Assembly: GCA_963791355.1 (NCBI GenBank)
Contig: CAWBRO010000002.1
Location: 904,873-968,872 of the forward strand
Origin: an uncultured beta proteobacterium
GTDB lineage: Bacteria > Pseudomonadota > Gammaproteobacteria > Burkholderiales > Casimicrobiaceae
Length of the DNA: 64,000 nucleotides
Reading direction: 5' to 3'
A program made the translations under genes and the position numbers. Under the pieces are notes generated by a model that was not told the origin of the DNA, did no database searches, and saw only the letters and a program-made list of their open reading frames with translations. Numbering within the stretch: the stretch's first letter is position 1; each line of letters starts with the position of its first letter. Shown here piece after piece: positions 1 through 11,284 of this stretch.

Positions 1-453
1 GTTGAACCACTCGAATTCCATGCCGCACATCGGCGTGAAGCCCAGCTTCTCCGCGCGCGCCAGCACGCGCTTCAGCACCTGCCGCGGGCACAGCGGAAGC
101 GGCACCTCCTTGCCGTTGTTCGTCCGTGACGAAGTCGCCGAGGAAGAAGGGCACGTTGTCGTCCCACGGCACGTTGCGATGCGTGCCGAGGTCGATGCGC
201 GCGAGCGCGTCGGGAAAGCCCTTGTGCCAGCCGGTGATCGTCGTGTTGTCGTAGCAGACGTCCTGCGAGTCCCAGCCGAACACGACGTCGCAGAAGCCGA
301 AGCCGCCTTCGACCGCCGACGCGAACTTGTCCTTGTGGATGTACTTGCCGCGCAGGATGCCGTCGATGTCGGATCACGGCCACCTTGACGCGGTTGCCCG
401 GCGCCTTGCGGACGGCGTCGAGGACCTTCGCGGGCGTGACGTTCGGCCGGCAT
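1..453 (-). CDS. Glutamine synthetase family protein (GlnA-like / gamma-glutamyl ligase), 5' part; runs off the window
   Basis: Stitched frames give KVAV.DIDGILRGKYIHKDKF...FGWD...CPRQVLKRVL...GMEFEWFN; ATG at 453 with GGAG RBS. Confidence 0.8.
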   Translation of the reverse strand, partial: MPAERHAREGPRRRPQGAGQPRQGGRDPTSTASCAASTSTRTSSRRRSKAASASATSCSAGTRRTSATTTRRSPAGTRAFPTRSRASTSARIATCRGTTTCPSSSATSSRTNNGKEVPLPLCPRQVLKRVLARAEKLGFTPMCGMEFEWFN

Positions 454-557
454 TGCGTCTCTCCTGCTCGTCTCGTGCTCGGGCAATCGACAATTCTAGC
501 AGCAGCGCCCAGTGGCATGCGTCGCCGCGATGCCCGTGCACCGATGCGCCGCCCCAC

Positions 558-1433
558 GTGACGCCCGCGTGCCGCACTCGCCGCGCTGCCACGTCGGCGG
601 TCGCGCTGTTCGGCTTCGCGGGCCTGTTCGGCAAATGGATCGCGTGGGACCCGGTGGCGATCGTGCTCGGGCGCACGACGGTCGCGGCGATCGTCGCTGG
701 CGTTCTTCGTGCGCTATCGCCTCGGCGCGTGGCGGCGCGCCGCACTGGATCGCCGTGCCGCAATGGCGTGATCCTCGCCGTGCACTGGGTCGCCTTCTTC
801 GCGGCCATCAAGGTGTCGACGGTGGCGATCGGGCTCCTCGGCTACGCGAGCTTTCCGCTGTTCGTGCCGCTGCTCGAGCGCACGATGCTCGGCGTGCCGG
901 TCACCGCGCGCGAAGCTCGCCGGCGCCGCGCTGGTGCGCGCTCGGGCTCGTGCTGCTGGTGCCCGACTTCTCGTGGGAGAGCCACACCGTGCGCGGCCTC
1001 GCGTGGGGCGTGCTGTCCGGCTTCACCTTCGCGCTGCTGACGGTGCGCACGCGCAAGCTCGCGCCCGATCGCTGGTCGTCCGAGATGGCGCTGTGGCAGA
1101 ACGCGGTCGCCGCGCTGTGCGTGCTGCCGGTCGTCGTGTGGCAGGGCGGTCGGGGCGGCCCCGTCGACGCGCCGCACGCGTTGCTCGATGCTGCTGCTCG
1201 GCATCTTCTGCACGGCGCTCGCGCATACGCTGTACACGGCGAGCCTCGTGCGGCTGCCGGCCGTCGACGGCGGCCGTGTGCGCGGCGCTGGAGCCCGTCT
1301 ACGGGATCGCGCTCGCTCTGATGCTGCTGGGCGAGGTGCCCGGCGGGCGGACGCTCGCGGGCGCTGCGGTCATCGTCGTGGCCGCCATTGTGCGACGCAC
1401 CGGGCGAGCGCGGCGACGGCGTCGGTCCCATGA
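558..1433 (+). CDS. DMT/EamA family transporter (frameshifted in read)
   Basis: ALFGFAGLFGKW, ILAVHWVAFFAAIKVSTVAIG, LGIFCTALAH, ALEPVYGI; many TM segments; stop overlaps next ATG (ATGA). Confidence 0.8.
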
Positions 1434-1915
1434 GGATCGGCTTCGTCGGCGTCCGCGATGGGCGGCTCGTTCGCCGCCTGGCCGCAGCGGGCGTGCGCGT
1501 ATTCGCCTGCTGGACGGACGATCTCGCGGGCGATGCCCGCATCGCGCTGCTGTCCGACGCGGTGGCCGTGGCCCGGGCGCTTGCGGCGCCGCGCGTCGTG
1601 TGGCTCGACCTCGCCGACGGCTTCGCGACCGAGCGCGCCATCCAGGACGTGTGGCCCGAATGCGTACCCGGTGACGTGATCGTCGACATGGGCCCCGGCA
1701 ATGTCGAGGACGCGAGGCGGCGGTGTGCGTCGCTGGCGTCGGCGCGCGTCCACTTCATCGACTGTCACTTCGCGGCCGGCGGACAACTCGTGTTCGGCGG
1801 CAGCGAGGAGGCGATGCGCATCGTGGCACCGTACGCCGATCTCGCGGCATCATGGACGCACAGGGGTCCGTCCGGATCGGGTTACCATGCGCGCCTCGGT
1901 TCGACGGATGGCTAG
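1430..1915 (+). CDS. Stand-alone degenerate NAD-binding domain of 6-phosphogluconate dehydrogenase
   Basis: Colinear with the Gnd N-domain (MRIGFVG, APRVVWL, PGDVIVD, VHFIDC, LVFGGSEEA, HRGPSGSG) but ends there. Confidence 0.7.
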   Translation: MRIGFVGVRDGRLVRRLAAAGVRVFACWTDDLAGDARIALLSDAVAVARALAAPRVVWLDLADGFATERAIQDVWPECVPGDVIVDMGPGNVEDARRRCASLASARVHFIDCHFAAGGQLVFGGSEEAMRIVAPYADLAASWTHRGPSGSGYHARLGSTDG

Positions 1916-1918
1916 CGC

Positions 1919-2407
1919 GTGATCCTGGTCCTGATGGGCGTGTGCGGTTGCGGCAAGACGACGGTCGGCGAGGCGCTCGCGCAGGCCATCGGCTGGCCGC
2001 TTCCTCGATGCCGACGATTTCCATCCACCCGCCAACGTCGCGAAGATGGCGCGCGGCGTCCCGCTGACCGACGACGATCGCTGGCCGTGGCTCGATCGCA
2101 TCGCGGACGAGCTGCGCGGCAAATCCTTGCGGAGGGCGAGCACGCGGTGCTCGCGTGCTCGGCGCTCAAGGAGGCGTATCGCGCAGCGCCTGCAACGTGC
2201 CGGGGACGTGCGCATCGTGTACCTCGAAGGCGACGAAGCGACGATCGCAGCGCGGCTCGCCGCGCGCCAGCACAAGTACATGCCGCCGATCGCTGCTGCC
2301 GTCGCAGTTCGCGACGCTGGAAGAGCCCGACCGACGCGCTGGTCGTCGACGTCCGGCAGCCGATCGCCGCGCAGGTCGACTTCATTCGGCGAGCCTTCGC
2401 GCTGTGA
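1919..2407 (+). CDS. gntK: Gluconokinase (frameshifted in read)
   Basis: LMGVCGCGKTT P-loop, DADDFHP, PLTDDDRWPWL, LACSALK, SQFATLEEP. Confidence 0.9.
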   Translation: MILVLMGVCGCGKTTVGEALAQAIGWPLPRCRRFPSTRQRREDGARRPADRRRSLAVARSHRGRAARQILAEGEHAVLACSALKEAYRAAPATCRGRAHRVPRRRRSDDRSAARRAPAQVHAADRCCRRSSRRWKSPTDALVVDVRQPIAAQVDFIRRAFAL

Positions 2408-3601
2408 GCGACAGGCAAGAACGCGCAGGCCGTCGACGCTCGTCGGCCAGCTCGGCCGCGCGCCGCGCAAGTGGCTCGGCGCCGTGAACACGCCCGTGTT
2501 TCGGGCGTCGACGATCCTGTTCGAAACCGTCGCGGACCTGAGGCTCGCCGCTGCGCAGCAAGCATCCGGGCCTGACCTACGGCCTGCACGGCGTTGCCCA
2601 CGGTCGCCGACTTCCAGGCGGCGATGGCGGAGCTCGAAGGCGGCCATGCGGCGCTCGCCGTGCCGTCCGGCCTGACCGCGACGACGTTGCCGCTGCTCGC
2701 GCTTCCTGAAGCCGGGCGACCACGTGCTCGTGACCGACGTCGTGTACGGCCCGACGCGCCGCTTCTGCGAGCTCGCACCTGTCGGCGTCTCGGCGTCGAC
2801 GTCAGCTACTACGATCCCGCTCATCGGCGCCGGCATCGCCGACAAGATTTCGACCCAACACGCAAGCTCGTGTTCCTGCGAGTCGCCCGGCTCGCTCACG
2901 TTCGAGGTGCAGGACGTGCCGCGCGATCTGCCGACGTCGCGCATGCGCGCGGCGCGCTCGTGGTCCTCGACAACACGTGGGCGACGCCGCTGTACTTCCG
3001 CGCGTTCGACCACGGCGTCGACGTGTCGGTGCACGCGGCCACCAAGTACATCGGCGGTCATTCGGACGTGCTGCTCGGTGCGATCGTCGCGAACGAGGCC
3101 GACGCTACCGAGCCGTTGCTCCGCCTGTGGACCGACATGGGCATCACCGCGTCGAGCGACGATTGCTTCCTCGGGCTGCGCGGATTGCGCACGCTCGCCG
3201 CGCGCCTCGATCGCCAGCAGGCGAGCGCGATGCGCATCGCGCAATGGCTGCAAGGCCAGCCGCGAGGTCAAGGAAGTGCTGTACCCGGCGCTGCCCGGCG
3301 CGCGTGGCCATGAGCTGTGGAAGCGCGATTTCCGCGGTGCGACCTCGCTGTTCGGCGTGATCCTGCATCCGGTCGCGCGAGGAGCGCGTGGATGCCATGC
3401 TCGAACGGCCTGGAGATCTTCTCGATGGGCTGGAGCTGGGGCGGCTTCGAGAGCCTCATCATCCCGACGTATCCGGAGCGCTTGCGCAGCGTGACGCGAT
3501 GGTCGGGCGGAGGCCCGAGCCTGCGGCTGGCGATCGGCCTCGAGGATCCGGACGATCTGATCGCCGACCTCGCGGCCGGTCTCGAGCGCCTTTCGAAATA
3601 G
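2404..3601 (+). CDS. metC: Cystathionine beta-lyase (frameshifted in read)
   Basis: VNTPVFRASTILF, ESPGSLTFEVQD, DNTWATPL, ATKYIGGHSD (PLP Lys), SWGGFESL, RLAIGLEDPDDL. Confidence 0.9.
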
Positions 3602-3642
3602 TTATTTATAACAATGACTAATCGGTTATACCTCGAGTCGAT

Positions 3643-4375
3643 TCAAGGTTCTCCGAGATAGACCTCCTGCACGTGCGCATCGGCCCGGACCTCCGCCGGC
3701 GCGCCTTCCGCGATGATCTTTCCGTGGTCGAGCACGATCACGCGGTCGGCGAACGCCGAACACGACGTCCATGTCGTGCTCGGTGAACAGCACCGCGATG
3801 CCGTCCTGCCTGCGCGAGGTCGCGGCCACCTGCATCAGCGCGCGCGCGCGAGCGCGGCGCCATGCCCGCGGTCGGCTCGTCCATCAGCAGCAGGCGCGGC
3901 GCCGCCCGCCAGCGCGAGCGCGAGCTCGACCCGCTTCGCGTTGCCGTAGGCAAGCGTCCGCGCACTGCGTGTCGGCGAGGTCCTCGCACCCGACACGCGG
4001 CGAGGAGCGCGTCGCGCGCGCCGTCGCGAGCGCGCGTTGCCATGCGCGCGGCAGGCGCCACGACCACGTTCTCGCGCACGGTCATCGACGCGAACGTGGC
4101 GGCGACCTGGAACGTGCGGCCGACGCCGCTGCGCGCGATCGCGTGCGGCGGGAGACCGTCGATGCGCGCGTCCTCCAGCGCAACCGTTCCGCGCGTCGGG
4201 GACGAGCTGGCCGTTGACGCAGGTTGAAGCACGTCGTCTTGCCGGCGCCGTTGGGTCCGATCAGCGCGACGAGCTCGCCGGCGTCCACCGCAAACGAGAC
4301 GTCGTCGACCGCGCGCACGCCGTCGAAGGCCTTGCGCAGATGCCGTACGTCGAGCACCGCAGCGCTGGCGATCAT
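3643..4375 (-). CDS. Branched-chain amino acid ABC ATP-binding protein (LivG-like)
   Basis: GPNGAGKTT, GRTFQ, LLMDEPTAG, TEHDMD, VQEVYLG. Confidence 0.85.
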
Positions 4376-6269
4376 CGCCTCGCCAATCGCGCGAGCGCGC
4401 CGCCGATCCCCATCGGGAATGCGAGCACGAGGAACAGGATGAGCGCGCCGAGCACCGCGCGCCAGTATTCCGTGGTGCGCGCGAGCGCGTCCGGCGAGCC
4501 ACGTGAACGCCGCCGCGCCGAGCAGCGGACCGAACAGCGCGTTGAGTCCGCCCAGCAGCACCATCACGAGCGCGTCGACCGAGCGCGGGATCGCGAGCGT
4601 CTCCGGCGAGATGCTGCCCTTGGAGAACGCGTAGAGACCTCCGGCGAGCCCGGCGAACATGCCCGCGAGCGCGAAGCCGCGCCACTGCGTGCGCGCGCAC
4701 GTCGATGCCGAGCGCGGCCGCGCGCAGCGCGCGAGTCGCGCGCACCGCGCAACGCGAAGCCGAACGGCGATCGCGCGAGCGCCACGATGCGCGGCAAGCG
4801 CAAGCGCGACGACCGCGAGCGTGAACGCGTAGTAGTGCGTGCGCGTCGGTCAGCAACTCCGGCGGCCAGATACCGACCAGGCCATTCGAGCCGCCGGTCA
4901 CCGCGTCCCACTGAAACGCGATCGACCACACGATCTGCGCGAACGCGAGCGTCAGCATCGCGAGGTAGACGCCCGACAAGCCGCACGCAGAACCATCCGA
5001 AGACGATGGCCGCGACAAGCGCCGCCGACGGGCGCGAGCGCGAATGCGAGCGGCATCGGCACCGCCGCCTTGAAGGCGATCGCCGCCGCATACGCGCCGA
5101 CGCCGAAGTACGCGGCATGGCCGAACGACGTCATGCCGCCGGTGCCGATCAGGAACTGCAGGCTGGCGGCGAACAGCGCCGCGACGAGGATGTCGGTCGC
5201 GAGCACGACCGCGTATTCGTCGGCCACGAGCGGCAGCGCAACGGCGCCGGCGAGGAGGGCGACCGCGATGTACGCATCGCGTCGCGACGGCGCGCGCTGA
5301 GCTCGCGCTGCTCCGGCAGCGCGGTGGTCGGCGGCGCGCACCGGGCGGCTTTCCGAGCAGGCCCTGCGGCTTCACCGCCAGCACGATCGCCATCACCACG
5401 AACTCGGCCGACCAGCGTGAGCTTGGGAAAGGCGATGGTGATGCCGAAGATCGTCTGCGTCGCCGAGCGCGATGCACATCGCCTTGACGAGCGCGATGAG
5501 CAGCGCCGCGAGGAACGCGCCGGGAATCGAGCCGAGCCCGCCGACCACGGTGACGACGAACGCGTCGGCGACGGTCGGCAGGTCCATGCCGAGGTTCGCG
5601 GGCTCGCGCGGCAGCTGCAGCGCGCCGGCGAGTCCCGCGAGGAACGCGCCGAGCGCGAACACGGCGGTGAAGAGCTTCGCCTCGTCGATGCCGAGCGCGG
5701 CGGTGAGCACGCGGTTCTCGCTGGCCGCGCGAATCAGCATGCCGAAGCGCGTGCGCGTGACCAGCAGCGTCAAGCGCGACGAGCACGATCGGCCCGACGG
5801 CGATGAGGAACAGGTCGTATTGCGGAATCGGCGTGGCCCGCGAGCTCGACACGGTGCCGCTGAAGCCCGGCGCGCGCGGGCCGAGCAGATCCTCCGCGCC
5901 GAACGCCGCCAGCACCGCGTCGCGCACGATCAGCACGACGCCGAACGTCGCCGTGAGCTGCAGCAGCTCCGGCGCGGCGTACAGACGCTTCAGCAGCAGG
6001 ACCTCGATGAGCGCACCGATGAGCGCGACCGCGAGCGCGGCGACGACGACGCCGCCCAGAACGACGATGCCGCCGCGCCCGAACGTCGAGGCCAGGAATT
6101 CGCCGGCAGCGTACGCGAGATACGCGCCCAGCATGTAGAGCGAGCCGTGCGCGAAGTTGACGATGCGCGTGACGCCGAAGATCAGCGTGAGGCCCGCGGC
6201 GACGAGGAACAGCGCCGACGCCGACGACAGCCCGTTGAGGAGCTGCAGCAGGAACGACGCGAGCGTCAC
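4372..6269 (-). CDS. Fused LivH-LivM type ABC permease
   Basis: N-half LIFGVTRIVNFAHG and VVGGLGSIPGA; C-half SFGHAAYFG, GVYLAMLTLAFAQ, LLGGLNALFGP. Confidence 0.85.
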
Positions 6270-6276
6270 GTAGTCT

Positions 6277-6377
6277 CCCCGAAGCGGCGCCGTGCGCCGC
6301 CTCCGAGGGACGAGCGCGGCATGCGACCGCGAGCCGCCTTCGGCGGCCGTGCGGCGGGCTTGGCGGCCTGCGGCGCT
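6277..6377. repeat. Intergenic palindromic REP-like element
   Basis: Hairpins GCGGCGC-cgt-GCGCCGC and GCCGCC-ttc-GGCGGC; shares CCGAGGGA and GCTTG..GCGGCC..TGCG blocks with 45502-45569. Confidence 0.45.
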
Positions 6378-6383
6378 CATCTG

Positions 6384-7580
6384 CTACTGCGGCGGCCGCA
6401 TCTTGCGCACGTCGGCGTCGCTCGGCAGGTAGTCCTTGCCGTCGGCGTAGCGCCAGTCGACCATCACGCCCTTGCCGTCCTTGACCGCGGTGCGCCCGAC
6501 GTACGCGCCCATCGTCGACTGATGGTCGATCGCGCGGAACGTGACCGGTGCCGAACGGCGACGTCGAACGTCAGTCCGGCAAGCGCCGCGACGATCTTCT
6601 CGGGATCGGTCGATCCCGCCTTGCGGATGGCCGCAGCCGCCGCGATCACCGCGCTGTAGCCGACGACCGAGCCGAGCCGCGGATAGTCGTTGAACTTCGC
6701 CTGGTACGCCTCGAGGAAGTTCTTGTGCTCGGGCGTGTCGATCGCGTACCACGGGTAGCCCGTGACGTACCAGCCCACCGGCGCCTCGTCCTTCAGCGGG
6801 TCGAGGTACTCGGGCTCGCCGCCGAGCAGGTTGAACGACCGGGCGGTCCTTGAAGAGGCCGCGCAGCTGGCCTTCGCGCACGAAGCGCGCGAGATCGGGG
6901 CCGAACAGCGACGAGAAGATCGCGTCGGGCTGCGCATCGATCAGCGCCTGCACGACCGGACCCGGGTCGATCTTGCCGAGCGGCACCGCATGCTCGACGA
7001 ACTCGAGGCCGCCTGGCTGCTGCGACGATCATCTGCTTCTTGAACGCGGCCGTCGCCGACTGGCCGTACTCGTAGTTCGGATAGACGATCGCCCAGCGCT
7101 TCTTGCCGAGCTTCGCCGCTTCGGGAACGAGCATCGCCGTCTGCATGAACGTCGACGCGCGCAGCCGGTACGTGTACTTGTTGCCGTTGTCCCACACGAT
7201 CTTGTCGGTGAGCGGCTCCGAGGCGAGGAAGGGCACCTTGCGCTGCTTCGCGAGGTCGGCGACGGCCAGGCCGACGTTCGAGGCGAACGTGCCCATCAGC
7301 ATCGCGACCTTCTCGCGCGACAGGAGCTCCTCGGCCACGCGCACGGCGTCGCCCGGCGTGCCGTTGTCGTCGCGCGATCACGACCTCGAGCTTGCGGCCG
7401 AGCACGCCGCCGGCGGCATTGATCTCGTCCAGCGCGAGCTCCATCCCCTTCTTGTACGGCTCGAGGAACGCCGGAAAGACCTTGTAGCTGTTGAGCTCGC
7501 CGAGCTTGATCGTCTGGCCGGCGGCGGAAACGGCGGCGAGCCAGCGCGGCCGCTGCAACGACGATTCGTACGGCGGTCAT
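6384..7580 (-). CDS. ABC transporter substrate-binding protein (Leu/Ile/Val-binding family)
   Basis: Signal peptide, IKLGELNSY, EINAAGGVLG, NYEYGQS, FRAIDHQST; GGAG RBS. Confidence 0.85.
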
Positions 7581-7763
7581 TCGTGCTCCAAAGGGACGAA
7601 CGGCCGGCATGCAGGTCAGGCGTCGGCACCGCATTATGCGTCGCGTCGGCCGGCGGTGCACTGCTTCTAACGCATATGCAGCCGCGACGCCGTGCGTCAA
7701 ACGGCGCGCCGCGGTAAAATAGACGGTTTTGTGCGGCTTGCCGCGGCGGTTTCTTCCGATGTC

Positions 7764-10700
7764 ATGCCACAGCTTTCGCTCGCGCACGGCCTCACGTTCG
7801 CCGACCTCTACTCGGTCGAGGGCGCCGCGCGCATCGACGCCCGGTTCGTCGCGCATCTGCGCGCCGCCGATGCCGCGCTGTCGGCACGCCTCGCCGCCGC
7901 GCGCGCGGCGCCCGGACGCGCTCGACCGCAAGGCCGAGTCCGAGCTGCTGATCGCCGTCGCGCCGCACCTCGAGGACTTCCTCGCAGCGCTGTTCGGCAT
8001 CGACGAGCGACGTGCGCGCGCTGCGAGGCGCGGCACCACGAGCTCGCGCCGCTCTTCGCGGTCAAGCGCCAGTTCGTGCAGCGCAAGGCGATGAACGCGC
8101 TACAAGGCCGACGCCGCCGTCGACCTTCGACGGCCCGGCGTTGCGCGCCGCGCTCGAGCCCGCGCTGGGCGCGCCGTTCTCCGAGCTCGGCTTCGCGCAG
8201 GCGGTCACCGCGCTGGCAGGCCGACGAGGCGACGCATCGCCGCGCAGCTCGACGTCGCACTGCGCTACGCGGCGTGGGCGGCGCACACGCCCGGCGGGCA
8301 CGACCGCGCATCGCGGCGGCGTGCTGTTCCGCGCGCCGCGCAAGCTCGACTACATGAAGCTCGTGCCGGTCGAGGCGGAGACGCGCCACGGCGTGTCGTC
8401 GTGGAAGCTCGACTCGCATCACGCGCTGCGCCAGCGCGACGGCTTTGCGCTGACCGATCCCGGCACCGATCTCGTCGGCGGGCTCGACCAGGCGCACTAC
8501 TGCATCTGGTGCCACGAGCAGGGCAAGGACTCGTGCGCGCACGGCCTGCTCGAGAAGAAGCCGCAGCCGGGCGACGTGCCGTTCAAGAAGTCGCCGTTCA
8601 ACGTGACGCTCGCCGGCTGCCCGCTCGAGGAGCGGATCTCCGAGTTCCACAAGCTGCGCGCGGAAGGCTGGCCGCTCGGCGCGCTCGCGATGATCTGCAT
8701 CGACAATCCGATGGTGGCGGCGACCGGACATCGCATCTGCAACGACTGCATGAAGTCGTGCATCTACCAGAAGCAGGATCCGGTCGACATTCCGCAGTCG
8801 GAGACGCGCGTGCTGAAGGACGTGCTCGCGCTGCCGTGGGGCTTCGAGATCTATTCGCTGCTCACGCGCTGGAATCCGCTCAACCTGCGCCGCCCGTGCC
8901 GCTGCCGGCGACGGGCAAGCGCGTGCTCGTCGTCGGCCTGGGCCCCGCCGGCTTCACGCTCGCGCATCACCTCGTCAACGACGGCCACACCGTCGTCGGC
9001 ATCGACGGCCTCAAGATCGAGCCGCTCGACCCGACGCTTTCCGGCATCACGATCGCCGGCGAGCGCGTGCCGTTCGCGCCGGTGCGCGACGTCGACGTCG
9101 CTGATCGAGCCGCTCGACGATCGCCTGATGGCGGGCTTCGGCGGCGTGGCCGAGTACGGCATCACCGTGCGCTGGGACAAGAACTTCCTCAAGATGATCC
9201 GGCTGCTGCTCGAGCGGCGCGATCGCTTCGCGCTGTACGGCGGCGTGCGCTTCGGCGGCACGCTCGACGACGCCGGCGCGTTCGCGCTGGGCTTCGACCA
9301 CATCGCGCTTGCGACGGGCGCGGGCAAGCCGACGGTGCTCGAGTTGCCGAACGGCCTCGCCAACGGCGTGCGCACCGCGTCCGACTTCCTGATGGCGCTG
9401 CAGCTCACCGGCGCGGCCAAGCGCGACTCGATCGCCAACATGCAGGTGCGGCTGCCGGTGGTCGTCGTCGGCGGCGGACTCACCGCGATCGACACCGCGA
9501 CCGAATCGCTCGCGTACTACCCGGTGCAGGTCGAGAAGTTCCTGACGCGCTACGAGGCGCTGGTCGCGGAGAAGGGCCGCGACGCGGTCGAGGCGCCGTG
9601 GAGCTTCGAGGAAGCGCGTGTCGCGCAGGAGTTCCTCGACCACGCGCGCGCGATCCGCGCGGAGCGCGAAGCGGCGGCGCGGGCGGGGCGTCCCGCGCGC
9701 GTGGCGAGATGCTGCACGAGTGGGGCGGCGTCACGATCGCCTATCGCCGCCGCCTGATCGACAGCCCGTCGTACACGCTCAACCACGAGGAAGTCGAAAA
9801 GGCGCTGGAGGAGGGCATCCGCTTCGCGGAAGGCCTGACGCCGCTCGCCATCGAAGTCGACGAGCGCGGCGCGCGCGACGGCGCTGTCGGTGTCGCTGCA
9901 GCACACCGACGGCGACGGCGTGTGGCACGAGTACGGCGCGCGCGACGCTTCCCGCGCGCACGATCCTCATCGCCGCCGGCACGCAGCCCAACACCGTGCT
10001 CGCGCGCGAGGACGCGGCGCACTTCCATCTCGACGGCAAGTATTTCCGCGTGCTCGACGAGGAGGGCCAGCCGGTCAAGGTCGTGCGCGGCCTCGCCAAG
10101 CCGGCGCAGCCCGCCGTGCTGACCGACGTGCTGCCCGACGGCCGCGCCACGAGCTTCTTCGGCGACCTGCATCCGTCGTTCTTCGGCAACGTCGTCAAGG
10201 CGATGGCGAGCGCGAAGCAGGGCTACCCGATCGTGTCGCGCATGCTTGGCGAAGGTCGCGCCGGCGTCGAGCGCGACCGACGCGCAGTTCTTCGCGCAGC
10301 TCGACGACGCGTTGCGCGCCACCGTCGAGCGCGTCGCACGGCTGACGCCGACGATCGTCGAGGTGTCGTGCGCGCGCCCGCCGCGGCGCGGCGCTTCGCG
10401 CCCGGCCAGTTCTATCGCCTGCAGAACTACGAGGCGCTGGCGCGCAGTCGCGCGGGCACCCGGCTCGTGATGGAAGGTCTCGCGCTGACCGGCGCGTGGG
10501 TCGACCGCGAGCGAGGGACTCGTCTCGACGATCGTGCTCGAGATGGGCGGCTCGTCCGACCTGTGCGCGCCGCTGCAGCCGGGCGAGCCGGTCGTGCTGA
10601 TGGGACCGACCGGCACGCCGACGGAGATCGAGCCGGGCGAAACCGTCGTGCTCGTCGGCGGCGGCCTCGGCAACGCGGTGCTGTTCTCGATCGGCCAGGC

Positions 10701-11272
10701 GTTTCGCAGCGCCGGCTCGAAGGTGCTGTACTTCGCCGGCTACAAGAAGATGATCGACCGCTACAAGGTCGACGGACATCGAAGCCGCGGCCGACGTCGT
10801 CGTCTGGTGCTGCGACGAGGCGCCCGGGCTTCGCGCCGACCGCCCGCAGGACCGCACGTTCGTCGGCAACATCGTGCAGGCGATGCAGCGCCTACGCGAG
10901 CGGCGCGCTGGGCGAGCAGGCCGATTCCGTTCGCCGCCTGCGACCGCATCATCGCCATCGGCTCGGACCGGATGATGGCGGCCGTGGGCCGCGCGCGTCA
11001 CGGCGTGCTGGCGCCGTTCCTCAAGCCGGCGCACCGCGCGATCGGCTCGATCAATTCGCCGATGCAATGCATGATGAAGGAGATCTGCGCGCAGTGCCTG
11101 CAGCCGCATCGCGACCCGGTGACCGGCAAGGTGACGCTACGTGTTCTCCTGCTTCAACCAGGACCAGCCGCTCGACGACGTCGACTTTGCGGCCCTCGAC
11201 CTGCGGTTGCGGCAGAATTCGGTGCAGGAGAAGCTCACCGCGCAGTGGATCGCCCACGCGCTGGAAGACTAA
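7764..11272 (+). CDS. Large FAD/Fe-S oxidoreductase: GltD/NfnB-like module fused to an FNR-type NfnA/PyrK-like module
   Basis: CIWCH..C, GCP, ICNDCMKSC (4Fe-4S domain); GLGPAG; VVGGGLTAID; PGQFYRL; MGPTG; GGGLG; MQCMMKEICAQC..C (2Fe-2S); stitched across several indels. Confidence 0.8.
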
Positions 11273-11284
11273 AGGGACGAGATC

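Noticed and set aside
3601-3642. dif site
   Set aside because: AT-rich with inverted repeats but does not match the XerC/XerD arms (no TTATGTTAAAT)
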